Source: Anaerolineae bacterium | Lineage (GTDB): Bacteria; Desulfobacterota; Desulfobacteria; Desulfobacterales; ETH-SRB1 | Assembly (NCBI GenBank): GCA_035529315.1 | Contig: DATKWZ010000015.1 | Span: 22,955 to 86,954, forward strand | Length of the DNA: 64,000 nucleotides | Reading direction: 5' to 3' | In this document: positions 28,910 to 38,305 of the stretch, one piece after another | How the letters are laid out: the number at the start of each line of letters is the position of its first letter | How positions within the stretch are numbered: the first letter of the stretch is position 1 | Notes under the pieces: generated by a model | What the model saw: only the letters and a program-made list of their open reading frames with translations | What the model was told of the DNA's origin: nothing | Database searches by the model: none | Made by a program: the position numbers and the translations under genes

Positions 28910-31212
28910 CAGAATTCCTTAAATCCTCCTTCAAACTCTTTTTCCAACAAATCTTCATTCAGGTCATCTAAAGGTGGTTTGGTCAGCAGATCCTCATACA
29001 GCGGGGTGGGAAGAGCTTTAGACTCCCGGCGATTTTTGAGAGCCGGCAGCGGGTCCTTTTCAATTTTCAGATCCTCCTCCTTTTGCTCCTCCTTGTCTCC
29101 AAGGATAAATAGCCCGGTTATATTATGAAGCTGCTGTGTTTTTTCCGAAAGCTTTCGGGTCTCCTGCGAAATCTCTTCCACAAAATAGGCGTTCTTTTCG
29201 TTCACATTGCTCAGCTCCTGGGTCCCCTGGCTGATCTGTTCGATCCCCTTCGAGCTTTCCTCATTCCCCAGGGTGACCTCTCCCAATGCATCTGAGACCT
29301 GCATTGATGTTTGCACGATCTCGGTAAAACATTCTTTCAGTTTGTCCACCCACTGCCCGGTTGAGCTCACCTTGCTTATAATTTCCCGGACCAGTTTTTG
29401 AATATCCTTGGATGCAGCCCCGCTCCTTTTCGCAAGATTTCGTATTTCATTGGCTACGACCGCAAATCCGCGTCCTTGTTCTCCTGCACGAGCAGCCTCA
29501 ACAGCCGCATTGATGGATAGCAGATTCGTCTGGAATGTGATTTCATTGATCAGATCCACCATCTCAACAATCTTCTGGCTCGCATTTGACATATCAACCA
29601 TTGCATTAGCGGTCTTTTCCACCTCATTTGCCCCCTCCCGGGCCACCTTCACAGCATCTTTGGAAAGGGAATCCGCATGGCGGGTATTTGTCAAATTTCC
29701 AGCGGTGTTTGAGACAAGCTCCTCCAGAGTAGCGCTTATCTCCTCCATGGCTGATGCCTGCTGCTCGGTCCGCTTGGAAAGGTTCTGATTTCCCTCAGAG
29801 ATATGCCTAACACCCTTGATTACCGGAATAATGTGATTCTTGACCTGGGAGATCAAATTCACTATACTGTCGAACGTCTCATTGATCTTTTTGGTCATCA
29901 CATCCATGGCATCTTCTGTTCCGGAGAGAGTTCCGCGCATGGTAAGATCGCCCTTGGCTACCTGCTCGAGCATCTTGGAAAGGTCATCTACCTTTTTCTC
30001 CAGCTCCTGTTTGGCTTTGCCTTCCCGGAGATATGCCTCCTGAAGGCTCTTTTCCGCCTCCACTTCTGTAGTCAGATCGCGAATAATCTCAAACGCCCCC
30101 AGTACCTTTCCTGAAGAATCCTTCAGAATGGAAGCGATGGACATCGCCGGGATCTCATTTCCCTTCTTATCCGTCAGAGTCATGCGTGTGGCTTTCGCAA
30201 CCTCACCGGTATCCATGGCCTTCTTTAAAGGACAATCCTTGCAGGCAGAGGTATGGAAGACTTCATAACATGGCTTCCCTATGGCCTTATCCGGCGACAG
30301 GCCGGCCATGCGCGCTGCGTTTTCGTTAATAAAAGTCATGTTCAGCTCCGGATCGACCATGAAAAACGGATCGACGATCCCAAGTTTCAGGCTGTTGGCA
30401 TATTCCATCCGGTCGCGTATGCTCTTCACCATCTGGTTGAAGTTGCGGGACAGGCTCCCGATCGAGTCTCGATGGTTATCAACAGCTTCCACCGTAACAT
30501 CTCCGGCAGCCACCAGGCTGGTTTTTTCTTTCAGCAGTTGAATTCGCCGCGAAACAAGCCTGGAAAAAAAGAAATTTATGAAGATCACAACTCCTATGAG
30601 GGCAGCCATAAAATAGACAATAAGTCTGTTTCTTGTATGATTGATGGCATCAAACACATTTTTGACAGGCTGTTTGATAACCATTACGCCGAGGACTTTT
30701 CTGCTGGCTCCATGACAGTGGTAACAGGCTGATTCATTAAGAATCGGCTTAATGGTTACCAGAAAAGGGGCTTTGTCCTCTGTTTCGGAAAATGATATTC
30801 CCGGAGCTTTGCCGGTTGCCAGCGCTTGGACCAAGGCATTGCGCGACTCGTTTCCATGGAGATACTTTTCCATGTTTCTGTCGACGCGTTCTTTTTCCGA
30901 TGCATAGGATATGTTCTGGTGAAAGTCTGCGATGTAAACCTGAACGCCACCCATGCGCTCTTTTACGTCTTTCATCTGCTCTTTCACTGTCTTTTCGTCC
31001 CCAACTGACATGGGAAACCTGATGGCGCTGTAAACATTGTCCAGCATGTGATTTGAAAACTCAGACGCCTGGTTTATAGCGGTTTTTTTATGGAGTATAA
31101 GGCTTTGATAGAGACTGAGCCCCATAAAAACAGACACTACCATGATAGTTGCAACAAATATCTTGGTTCGCATCCGCATATTTTTAAAAAACTTATTGAT
31201 AGTATTTCTCAT
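28909..31212 (-). CDS. Methyl-accepting chemotaxis protein with periplasmic c-type heme motif, HAMP, PAS and C-terminal pentapeptide (DcrA-like)
   Basis: Two TM helices flank a periplasmic domain containing CYHCH; HAMP; PAS with [15 protein letters not shown]; signalling tip [27 protein letters not shown]; ends GFKEF. Start taken at ATG 31212 after GGAGG. Confidence 0.92.
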   Translation of the reverse strand: MRNTINKFFKNMRMRTKIFVATIMVVSVFMGLSLYQSLILHKKTAINQASEFSNHMLDNVYSAIRFPMSVGDEKTVKEQMKDVKERMGGVQVYIADFHQNISYASEKERVDRNMEKYLHGNESRNALVQALATGKAPGISFSETEDKAPFLVTIKPILNESACYHCHGASRKVLGVMVIKQPVKNVFDAINHTRNRLIVYFMAALIGVVIFINFFFSRLVSRRIQLLKEKTSLVAAGDVTVEAVDNHRDSIGSLSRNFNQMVKSIRDRMEYANSLKLGIVDPFFMVDPELNMTFINENAARMAGLSPDKAIGKPCYEVFHTSACKDCPLKKAMDTGEVAKATRMTLTDKKGNEIPAMSIASILKDSSGKVLGAFEIIRDLTTEVEAEKSLQEAYLREGKAKQELEKKVDDLSKMLEQVAKGDLTMRGTLSGTEDAMDVMTKKINETFDSIVNLISQVKNHIIPVIKGVRHISEGNQNLSKRTEQQASAMEEISATLEELVSNTAGNLTNTRHADSLSKDAVKVAREGANEVEKTANAMVDMSNASQKIVEMVDLINEITFQTNLLSINAAVEAARAGEQGRGFAVVANEIRNLAKRSGAASKDIQKLVREIISKVSSTGQWVDKLKECFTEIVQTSMQVSDALGEVTLGNEESSKGIEQISQGTQELSNVNEKNAYFVEEISQETRKLSEKTQQLHNITGLFILGDKEEQKEEDLKIEKDPLPALKNRRESKALPTPLYEDLLTKPPLDDLNEDLLEKEFEGGFKEF

Positions 31213-31228
31213 TGATCTCCCCTCCAGT

Positions 31229-31690
31229 TCAATGGGAACCGGCATAGATTATCGGTTTGTAACGGAAAGCCCCCACTCTTTCCTTGGTATGGCACTTCTG
31301 GCAAACATCTATAGTCACGTTCCTTATGATTCGAGCCGGATCCTGCGTATCCATATGGAGTTTGCCGGGACCATGACAGACCTCGCATCCTGCGTTTTTG
31401 AGTTCAGGCGTCTGCTTTGGATCAGTAAAACCACCCGGTTCGCCGTAGGCGGTAGTATGGCAGCCATAGCATCCCCTGATTTCATCCTCGGTAAGACCCT
31501 TTTTCATCCTCTCTATGCTCTTAAAGGAACGGCTTTTTCTGGCATGACTCAGGAAGGACTCATATTGTACTTCGTGGCAGGACCTGCACGATGCAGACCC
31601 AACATAAGTATTTGTCTCCTGCTCCTGCGCTCCTACAGGCAAGGAAAAAAGAAAAACCAGCAAAATGCCGCGCCATTTCTTTATTTTCAT
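31229..31690 (-). CDS. Secreted tetraheme cytochrome c (c554-like family)
   Basis: Signal peptide and four CxxCH motifs (CRSCH, CYGCH, CEVCH, CQKCH); YVGS motif before heme 1. Confidence 0.9.
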   Translation of the reverse strand: MKIKKWRGILLVFLFSLPVGAQEQETNTYVGSASCRSCHEVQYESFLSHARKSRSFKSIERMKKGLTEDEIRGCYGCHTTAYGEPGGFTDPKQTPELKNAGCEVCHGPGKLHMDTQDPARIIRNVTIDVCQKCHTKERVGAFRYKPIIYAGSH

Positions 31691-33816
31691 ACTGCACCCC
31701 CCGGCAATGAATGTTTGAAAAAAATTTCCTCAAGCCCAAGAAGGTCGAGGACAATGGCCGCAGAACCATCTCCCATGATAGTGGCGCCGCTCACTCCTTT
31801 GACGCTCTGATAGTTTGATTCAATGCTCTTGACTACCACCTGATAAGAAGCAAGCACTTCGTCAAAGAGGATTCCGAACTTTTGTTTTCCGGTATCAAGA
31901 AAGACCGTAGCCATCCCCGTGCGGTCGTTCTCCGGCGCAATCGTCCCGTAGATACGGCATAAACTCATAAGGGGAAGATACTCACCCCTGAACCGGTAGA
32001 CCTTCTCATCCGCGCCAAAGGTTCGAATGCGTTCTGCATCAAACCTTCCTACTCCTATTATCCCCCAGAGAGGCACCAGATAAGATCTGTCCTGATCCCT
32101 TACGTGCAGAGCTTCGGTGAGGGCAAAGGTCAGAGGAAGAGCCAGAGTAAATACGGTTCCCTTTCCCTTTTTCGTCTCGATTTGTATTGACCCTCCAACC
32201 AGCTCAACCTGTGTCTTGACAACATCCATGCCAACCCCTCTTCCGGAGAGTTCGGTAACGCTTGATGCCGTAGAAAAACCAGGGTGGCAGATGATCTCCA
32301 CAAGTCTGTCGTTGTCGAGCTTTTCACCTGCTTTATCGAGCCCCATTTCCAGAGCACGGCGGCGTATTTTTTCTATATTGAGACCGCGACCATCGTCATA
32401 AATTTGTATGAATATCTTTCCACCCTTCTGGTATGCCTTAAACTCGATTATTCCTTCTGCGGGTTTTCCTGCCGCCACCCGCTCTTCAGGTGGCTCTATA
32501 CCATGATCCACACAGTTCCGAACCAGATGCTTTAATGGATCTGCTATATATTCGATTACCTCTTTATCCAGTTCCGTATCAATACCTGACAGAATAACCT
32601 TTATCAGCTTCTTTTGATCATAGGCGGCATCTCTAACAAGCCTCTGAAACCGGAGGAAAGTTCCTTTTAGAGAAAACATCCGGACGCCGGCTACCTGCTC
32701 CTGAAATTCACGATTCACCTTGAGCAGGTTTTCTATCTCTTGTTCGATTTTATTCCTGGAAAGATCCCCTTCTCTGATAACGAAACTCTGCACTCTGGAG
32801 AGATTAATTCCGATTTCCTCGGCAAGGTTGACCAGATGGTCTATCTTTTTCACATCTACCCGCACGCTTGTCTTTCTATAGGCAGAACGGCTTTCCTGCT
32901 GCAAAGAAATCATTTTCTGGACAGCTTCTTTATCAATTTTCCCCTCATCTACCAGAATCTCTCCAAGCTTCTTCTGCTTATCAAGAGCGCTTTTCAAATC
33001 TTCTTTGGTAATACCGCCGCTTTCGACAAGGGCTTCACCCAGAGGCATCTCTCCTAATTGGAGCTCGACTCCTCCTTCACTGTGGCGATCGGTTATCTCA
33101 TCAATTACTATATTATGTTCATCTTTGACAAACATAAAGACATCTTTGACTTCCTGGATAGATGCGGTAGTCTTCAGAATGACTCGCCATGAAATATAAA
33201 GTTTATAAAAATCCATCCCTTTATAGTGGGGAAGTTCAGAAGTATCCGCCGCTACTTCCACACATTCTCCCAACTCTGTCAGGTTTAGCAGTAGAAGAAG
33301 AGGATCATGGCCGGAATTGAAAAGGTCCTTTCTAAACTTAAGATCGATATGATAATAATGCCAACTCTTGTCCTTGGCAGAATCAGGGACTGCTTCCCTG
33401 ATCGTTTCCTCTTTCCCGGAACCCCCCTCTATACCCAAAAAACGGTTTAACTGGGCTTTGCGAGTATTTAAAACACCAGCATCAATATCTTCACTACCAC
33501 CAGCACACCTGTCCACTATGGCGCGGATAAAATCAACATCCTCCAGAAGAAAGGAGATAAGCGGCCTGGTTATGGAAAGTTGATTATTTCTGATCCGGTC
33601 CAGAAGGTTTTCGATAAGGTGAACGTATCCGGAAAGAGTATTAAACCCTACCATGGCGGAACCACTCTTTAAAGTGTGAATTGCTCTAAAAAGTTCTTCC
33701 AGGTCGGGCCCGGGTCCGGGAGCAGTCTCTATGCGCAGCAGGCTCTCTTCTGATCTTTTGAGCAGGTCTTCTGTTTCAGCAAAAAAGACCTGCAATGTCT
33801 CTTCATGTTCATTCAT
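31687..33816 (-). CDS. cheA: Chemotaxis histidine kinase
   Basis: Hpt FRAIHTLKSG, HLVRNCVDHGIE, DDGRG, GRGVGMDVV, C-terminal CheW domain. Confidence 0.96.
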   Translation of the reverse strand: MNEHEETLQVFFAETEDLLKRSEESLLRIETAPGPGPDLEELFRAIHTLKSGSAMVGFNTLSGYVHLIENLLDRIRNNQLSITRPLISFLLEDVDFIRAIVDRCAGGSEDIDAGVLNTRKAQLNRFLGIEGGSGKEETIREAVPDSAKDKSWHYYHIDLKFRKDLFNSGHDPLLLLLNLTELGECVEVAADTSELPHYKGMDFYKLYISWRVILKTTASIQEVKDVFMFVKDEHNIVIDEITDRHSEGGVELQLGEMPLGEALVESGGITKEDLKSALDKQKKLGEILVDEGKIDKEAVQKMISLQQESRSAYRKTSVRVDVKKIDHLVNLAEEIGINLSRVQSFVIREGDLSRNKIEQEIENLLKVNREFQEQVAGVRMFSLKGTFLRFQRLVRDAAYDQKKLIKVILSGIDTELDKEVIEYIADPLKHLVRNCVDHGIEPPEERVAAGKPAEGIIEFKAYQKGGKIFIQIYDDGRGLNIEKIRRRALEMGLDKAGEKLDNDRLVEIICHPGFSTASSVTELSGRGVGMDVVKTQVELVGGSIQIETKKGKGTVFTLALPLTFALTEALHVRDQDRSYLVPLWGIIGVGRFDAERIRTFGADEKVYRFRGEYLPLMSLCRIYGTIAPENDRTGMATVFLDTGKQKFGILFDEVLASYQVVVKSIESNYQSVKGVSGATIMGDGSAAIVLDLLGLEEIFFKHSLPGGAV

Positions 33817-34198
33817 CAGTAGTCCACACCAGTTTCTTTATTGCCCACAAAAATTTCTCGGGGCGGAAAGGCTTTGCCAGCCATCCGGCAGCCCCGGCAG
33901 CTCTTCCCTTTTCTATCATTGACTCTTCCGATTCCGTGGTAAAAACAAGTATGGGAAGAAAGCGAAAATCGCCTTTCTTGACCTCTTCTATGAAAGCAAT
34001 ACCATCCATTTGAGGCATATTGACGTCGGTGACAATCAGGGAAGGAATTTGCCCCTCTTCCTTCATGTTTGCCAGCTTTTCAAGAGCATCTTTCCCATTT
34101 TCAGCCTCTGTTACCTTATATCCGGCATTACTAAGGCAAAAGGAAACCGACGATCGAACAGTAGGAGAATCATCTACCACCAGGATAAGTTTTTCCAT
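33809..34198 (-). CDS. cheY: CheY-like response regulator
   Basis: VVDD, VTDVNMPQMDG, FTTE, LAKPF. Confidence 0.9.
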   Translation of the reverse strand: MEKLILVVDDSPTVRSSVSFCLSNAGYKVTEAENGKDALEKLANMKEEGQIPSLIVTDVNMPQMDGIAFIEEVKKGDFRFLPILVFTTESEESMIEKGRAAGAAGWLAKPFRPEKFLWAIKKLVWTTDE

Positions 34199-34212
34199 GT
34201 TCCTCCAATCAA

Positions 34213-34509
34213 CTAATCTACCAGGGCTGTTTTGAGACCGCTTATTTCCAGAATCTTTTCCAGCTTAGGAGACAATCCCAGCAACCTCCATTCGGTCTCG
34301 GGTTTCAATGACCTCTTGAAGGCGATAAGGAGCTGCAACGACGCAGTGTCTGCAAATGTTACCCCTGACATACAAATGGAAATTTTCTTTGCGTGAGCAA
34401 GAGAAATATCAAGAAGAAGCTTGTTCAGGTAGTCAATGCCATGTATGGTCAACTCTCCTTTAAACTGAAAAACACCTTCGGCATCCTGGCTTACAGTAAA
34501 CTGCGACAT
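34213..34509 (-). CDS. STAS-domain protein
   Basis: FKGELTI, MSGVTFADTASLQLL, LEISG; typical first gene of cheY-cheA operons. Confidence 0.82.
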   Translation of the reverse strand: MSQFTVSQDAEGVFQFKGELTIHGIDYLNKLLLDISLAHAKKISICMSGVTFADTASLQLLIAFKRSLKPETEWRLLGLSPKLEKILEISGLKTALVD

Positions 34510-34623
34510 CTCTGTTTTTTAACCACCTTTTTTCAAGATCTTTTAACTATTCAAAAATAGAACAACAAAATAAAAATATCAAGGTTTTTCATAATAATTC
34601 TGACACAGGTACAAAGACACCAT

Positions 34624-34905
34624 CTACACATTCCTGGCCGGAGACATTAAAAACCATATACCTGCGATAATAAAAAAAACTCCTGTTCCGATTTTGATAT
34701 AATTATACGGAATAAACCGGCTGAAGACCGCGCCAAATACCACAGCGATAAGCGAAGTTGTCACAAGGGCGATCGCAGACCCTAGAAATACGGAAATCTT
34801 TGAATCATTGTCCGCAGAAAGACAAAATGTGGCAAACTGTGTTTTATCCCCCAGCTCTGCCAGAAATACCAGGCCGAATGTTGTCAGAATAAGCTTTAAA
34901 TTCAT
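34624..34905 (-). CDS. TMEM165/GDT1 (UPF0016) family, single-repeat form
   Basis: FLAELGDKTQ signature, three TM helices. Confidence 0.85.
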   Translation of the reverse strand: MNLKLILTTFGLVFLAELGDKTQFATFCLSADNDSKISVFLGSAIALVTTSLIAVVFGAVFSRFIPYNYIKIGTGVFFIIAGIWFLMSPARNV

Positions 34906-34936
34906 AAGCTTCCTCCTTTTTAATCAAAAAATTCTT

Positions 34937-34997
34937 ACCACAGAGCACGCTGAGATTTTCTATAAAAAAGAAACGTTTTCTCTGTGTTCTCCGTGGT
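34937..34997. repeat. Imperfect hairpin built from 9-bp units (CACAGAG/CTCTGTG type)
   Basis: ACCACAGAGCACGCTGAGA ... TCTCTGTGTTCTCCGTGGT. Confidence 0.6.
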
Positions 34998-35012
34998 GAA
35001 AATAGCTGGTTC

Positions 35013-37037
35013 TTACTTTAACAACTCGATTGCCTTTTTAACTATATTTTCAGACGTAAATCCGAACTTTCCCATAACTTTTCCACCGGGCGCTGAAACT
35101 CCAAAACCGGTTATGCCGATTATTTTCCCGCTGGTTCCGACATATCGTTCCCATCCCATCGGAATGCCGGCTTCAACGGCAATGCGCTTTTCCACATCCG
35201 GCAACAGGACTTTATCCTTATATTCCCGCGGCATTTTTTCAAAAAGTTCCCAGCTCGGCATATTGACCATCCTGACTGAAACGCCTTGATCCGCAAGAAT
35301 TCCGGCCGCTGTTAGAGCTATATGAACCTCTGAGCCGCTGGCAATCAGGATCAAGTCTGGTTTGTCCTCTGAATCAGACCCCTTTGAATCATACAAGATA
35401 TAGGCGCCGTTTGCAAGCCCCTCTGCCGGGCCATATTTTGATCTGTCTAATACAGGAAGCTTCTGGCGGCTCAGGATCAGGGCTACGGGACCATTAACAC
35501 TCTTCATCGCAATACGCCATGCTTCTGCTGTGTCCACGGCATCTGCGGGACGGATTAAGGTCAGCCCTGGAATGGCCCTTAAACTCGCTATATGCTCAAC
35601 CGGCTGGTGCGTTGGACCATCTTCGCCAACCGCAATACTGTCATGAGTAAAAACATATATTACAGGCAATTTCATCATGCTTGCAAGGCGTATTGAAGGA
35701 CGCATATAATCCGCAAACACAAGGAAAGTGCCACCATACGGCCTCAAACCCTTATGAATCGCCATGCCGGACAGGATAGCCCCCATGGCATGCTCCCTGA
35801 CGCCAAAACGGATATTCCTGCCGTCATACATATTTTTTTGAAAATCATGGGAAGATTTGATAATTGTATTGTTTGAAGGAGCGAGATCAGCGGATCCACC
35901 AATAAGAGAGGCAACCTTTTCTGCAATAGCATTGAGCGCCTTGCCGGATGCTGCGCGCGTTGCAACGGAGCCTTCGAAATGCGGCAGTTCCGCATCCCAT
36001 CCATCCTTTAATGTGTTGCTTACAGCATCTGTCCATCTTTCTGCAAGATCAGGGTATCTATCTGTGTAGATCTCGAATCTTTCCTGCCATTTTGATTCTG
36101 CTTCCTTTCCCCGGGCAGTATATTTTTTGAATATATCAAGAACCTGCTCAGGAACGTAAAATGTATCTGATTCAGGAAAGCCCAGTCTTTGCTTTGTAAG
36201 CCTAACTTCATCTTCACCAAGGGGCGCTCCATGGGCATCTGACGAGTCCTGTTTGTTTGGGCTGCCAAATGCAATATGTGTGCTCAGCATAATCAGGGAG
36301 GGCTTATCAGTTTCCTGCTTTGACGCAACAAGAGCATTATAAATCGCATCCAGATCATTTCCATCCTCAACCTGATTCACATGCCAGTTGTATGCCTTGA
36401 ATCTTTGGGCGACATCTTCCGTAAAGGATATATCCGTGCTTCCTTCGATAGAAATTTTGTTATCATCATAAATACAGATCAACCTGGAAAGACCGAGGTG
36501 GCCGGCAAGTGATGCGGCTTCAGATGTTATCCCCTCCATCATGTCCCCGTCGCCACACATTACAAATGTATGGTGATCCACAATCTCACAATCAGGGCGG
36601 TTATATGTTGCCGCAAGGTGTTGTTCAGCCATTGCCATGCCAACTGCATTGGCAAAACCCTGCCCCAGGGGACCGGTTGTTGTTTCAACGCCCGGAGTAT
36701 GTCCGAATTCAGGATGCCCCGGGGTTTTGCTGCCCATTTGCCTGAAATTTTTTATATCATCCAGGCTCAGATCATAACCTGAAAGATATAGCAGGCTGTA
36801 AAGAAGCATTGATGCGTGACCTCCGGAAAGCACAAACCGGTCCCTGTCCAGCCAGTCGGGATTGTCTGAATTGTGTTTTAAAATCCGGGTCCAGAGCACA
36901 TATGCTGCTGACGCAAGCCCCATCGGCGCGCCAGGATGGCCGGAATTGGCCTTTTGGATGGCGTCCATGGAAAGCGTGCGGATCGTATTTATGCAAAGTT
37001 CATCAAGTTTAGACCAGTTATCTATCCCTTTGTTCAT
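35013..37037 (-). CDS. tkt: Transketolase
   Basis: [48 protein letters not shown]. Confidence 0.97.
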   Translation of the reverse strand: MNKGIDNWSKLDELCINTIRTLSMDAIQKANSGHPGAPMGLASAAYVLWTRILKHNSDNPDWLDRDRFVLSGGHASMLLYSLLYLSGYDLSLDDIKNFRQMGSKTPGHPEFGHTPGVETTTGPLGQGFANAVGMAMAEQHLAATYNRPDCEIVDHHTFVMCGDGDMMEGITSEAASLAGHLGLSRLICIYDDNKISIEGSTDISFTEDVAQRFKAYNWHVNQVEDGNDLDAIYNALVASKQETDKPSLIMLSTHIAFGSPNKQDSSDAHGAPLGEDEVRLTKQRLGFPESDTFYVPEQVLDIFKKYTARGKEAESKWQERFEIYTDRYPDLAERWTDAVSNTLKDGWDAELPHFEGSVATRAASGKALNAIAEKVASLIGGSADLAPSNNTIIKSSHDFQKNMYDGRNIRFGVREHAMGAILSGMAIHKGLRPYGGTFLVFADYMRPSIRLASMMKLPVIYVFTHDSIAVGEDGPTHQPVEHIASLRAIPGLTLIRPADAVDTAEAWRIAMKSVNGPVALILSRQKLPVLDRSKYGPAEGLANGAYILYDSKGSDSEDKPDLILIASGSEVHIALTAAGILADQGVSVRMVNMPSWELFEKMPREYKDKVLLPDVEKRIAVEAGIPMGWERYVGTSGKIIGITGFGVSAPGGKVMGKFGFTSENIVKKAIELLK

Positions 37038-37281
37038 GAATAGTTTCTCCTTATATAATCAGAATCAGATATTAGATATTGACAACTGAAAGCTAACACC
37101 TATTTAATTTTATATGCAAGTATTTTAATCATATATTTTGAAGTGTTAAACGGTCTAACCTGAATTAATTACTTATATTGTTTGTTAAATCTGAAACATT
37201 TGTTATATGGATAATTTATTGAAACTAAATTAATCTAAGTATCATTATTTGATGGGCTTATAAATGGAGATTTAAGGCACG

Positions 37282-38262
37282 ATGCTTGCCTGGGCTTTAT
37301 TTGTTATAGGATTGTTGATGCTTTACTATGGGGCGGAGTGGCTTGTAAAGGGGGCGTCCAGTCTCGCGCGAAGCCTTGGTTTAACGCCTATGGTTATAGG
37401 CTTGACGGTAGTTGCATTCGGCACTTCGGTACCAGAGCTCGTTGTAAGTGTTATTTCTTCTTTACAACAAAAAAGCATGATTGCTGTGGGAAACGTTGTG
37501 GGCAGCAATATTTGCAACATCGCTCTTGTTCTCGGGCTTGCAGCATTATTTATACCAATTAAAGGTAATAGCTCTGTTGTTAAGAGAGATATACCTATTA
37601 TGCTCGGGATATCTTTATGCCTTTTGCTGATTTCTCTCAATTCTCAAATAGGAAGGCTTGAGGGAGCTACTATGGTGGGAGGAATCATCCTGTACACATG
37701 GTTTAACTATCGCTTTGCCGTGAAAGAAACAAAATATACGGCAAGCAAAGAAAACTATACCGCTGAGCTTGCAGGTGGTGAAATTGGATATATTTCCTCA
37801 AAGGCAAAACAGATCACACTTATTTTTGCAGGGATTGTATTTGTAGTATCAGGCGCGGAGATACTGATTGATTCAGCAGTAAAAATAATGCAAGTATTTA
37901 GTATAAGTGAAAAGTTTATCGGGTTAACGATAGTTGCTTTCGGGACTTCACTGCCTGAACTTGCCATTTCTGTTGTTGCCGCGATAAGAAAGGAGATGGA
38001 TATCAGCCTTGGCAACATTTTTGGGAGTAACATTTTCAATATACTTGGAGTACTCGGGATTGCATCGCTGGTCAGGCCTATTTTGATTCCAGGCGGTTTT
38101 ATTCAGAGCGGTTTACTAATTGATTACCTGGTCATGATATTTATCGGTTTTTTACCATGGCTGATGATGAGAAAGAAATGCATGCTTATGAAAAAGGATG
38201 GCGTTGTCCTTTTATCAGGATATGTCGGATACATCGCTTATCTGACAATTAAATCATTGTAA
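37282..38262 (+). CDS. Calcium/sodium antiporter (CaCA, YrbG-like)
   Basis: Two alpha repeats: AFGTSVPE...GNVVGSNICN and AFGTSLPE...GNIFGSNIFN. Confidence 0.9.
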   Translation: MLAWALFVIGLLMLYYGAEWLVKGASSLARSLGLTPMVIGLTVVAFGTSVPELVVSVISSLQQKSMIAVGNVVGSNICNIALVLGLAALFIPIKGNSSVVKRDIPIMLGISLCLLLISLNSQIGRLEGATMVGGIILYTWFNYRFAVKETKYTASKENYTAELAGGEIGYISSKAKQITLIFAGIVFVVSGAEILIDSAVKIMQVFSISEKFIGLTIVAFGTSLPELAISVVAAIRKEMDISLGNIFGSNIFNILGVLGIASLVRPILIPGGFIQSGLLIDYLVMIFIGFLPWLMMRKKCMLMKKDGVVLLSGYVGYIAYLTIKSL

Positions 38263-38305
38263 CTCTAAGGCGAACAGGGCTGAATGCTCCCTAACAGCCT
38301 TCAGT

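Noticed and set aside
31229-31231. Selenocysteine read-through at TGA stops (checked for the cytochrome and other coupled genes)
   Set aside because: The proteins appear complete at the TGA and the next gene's RBS or start follows immediately.
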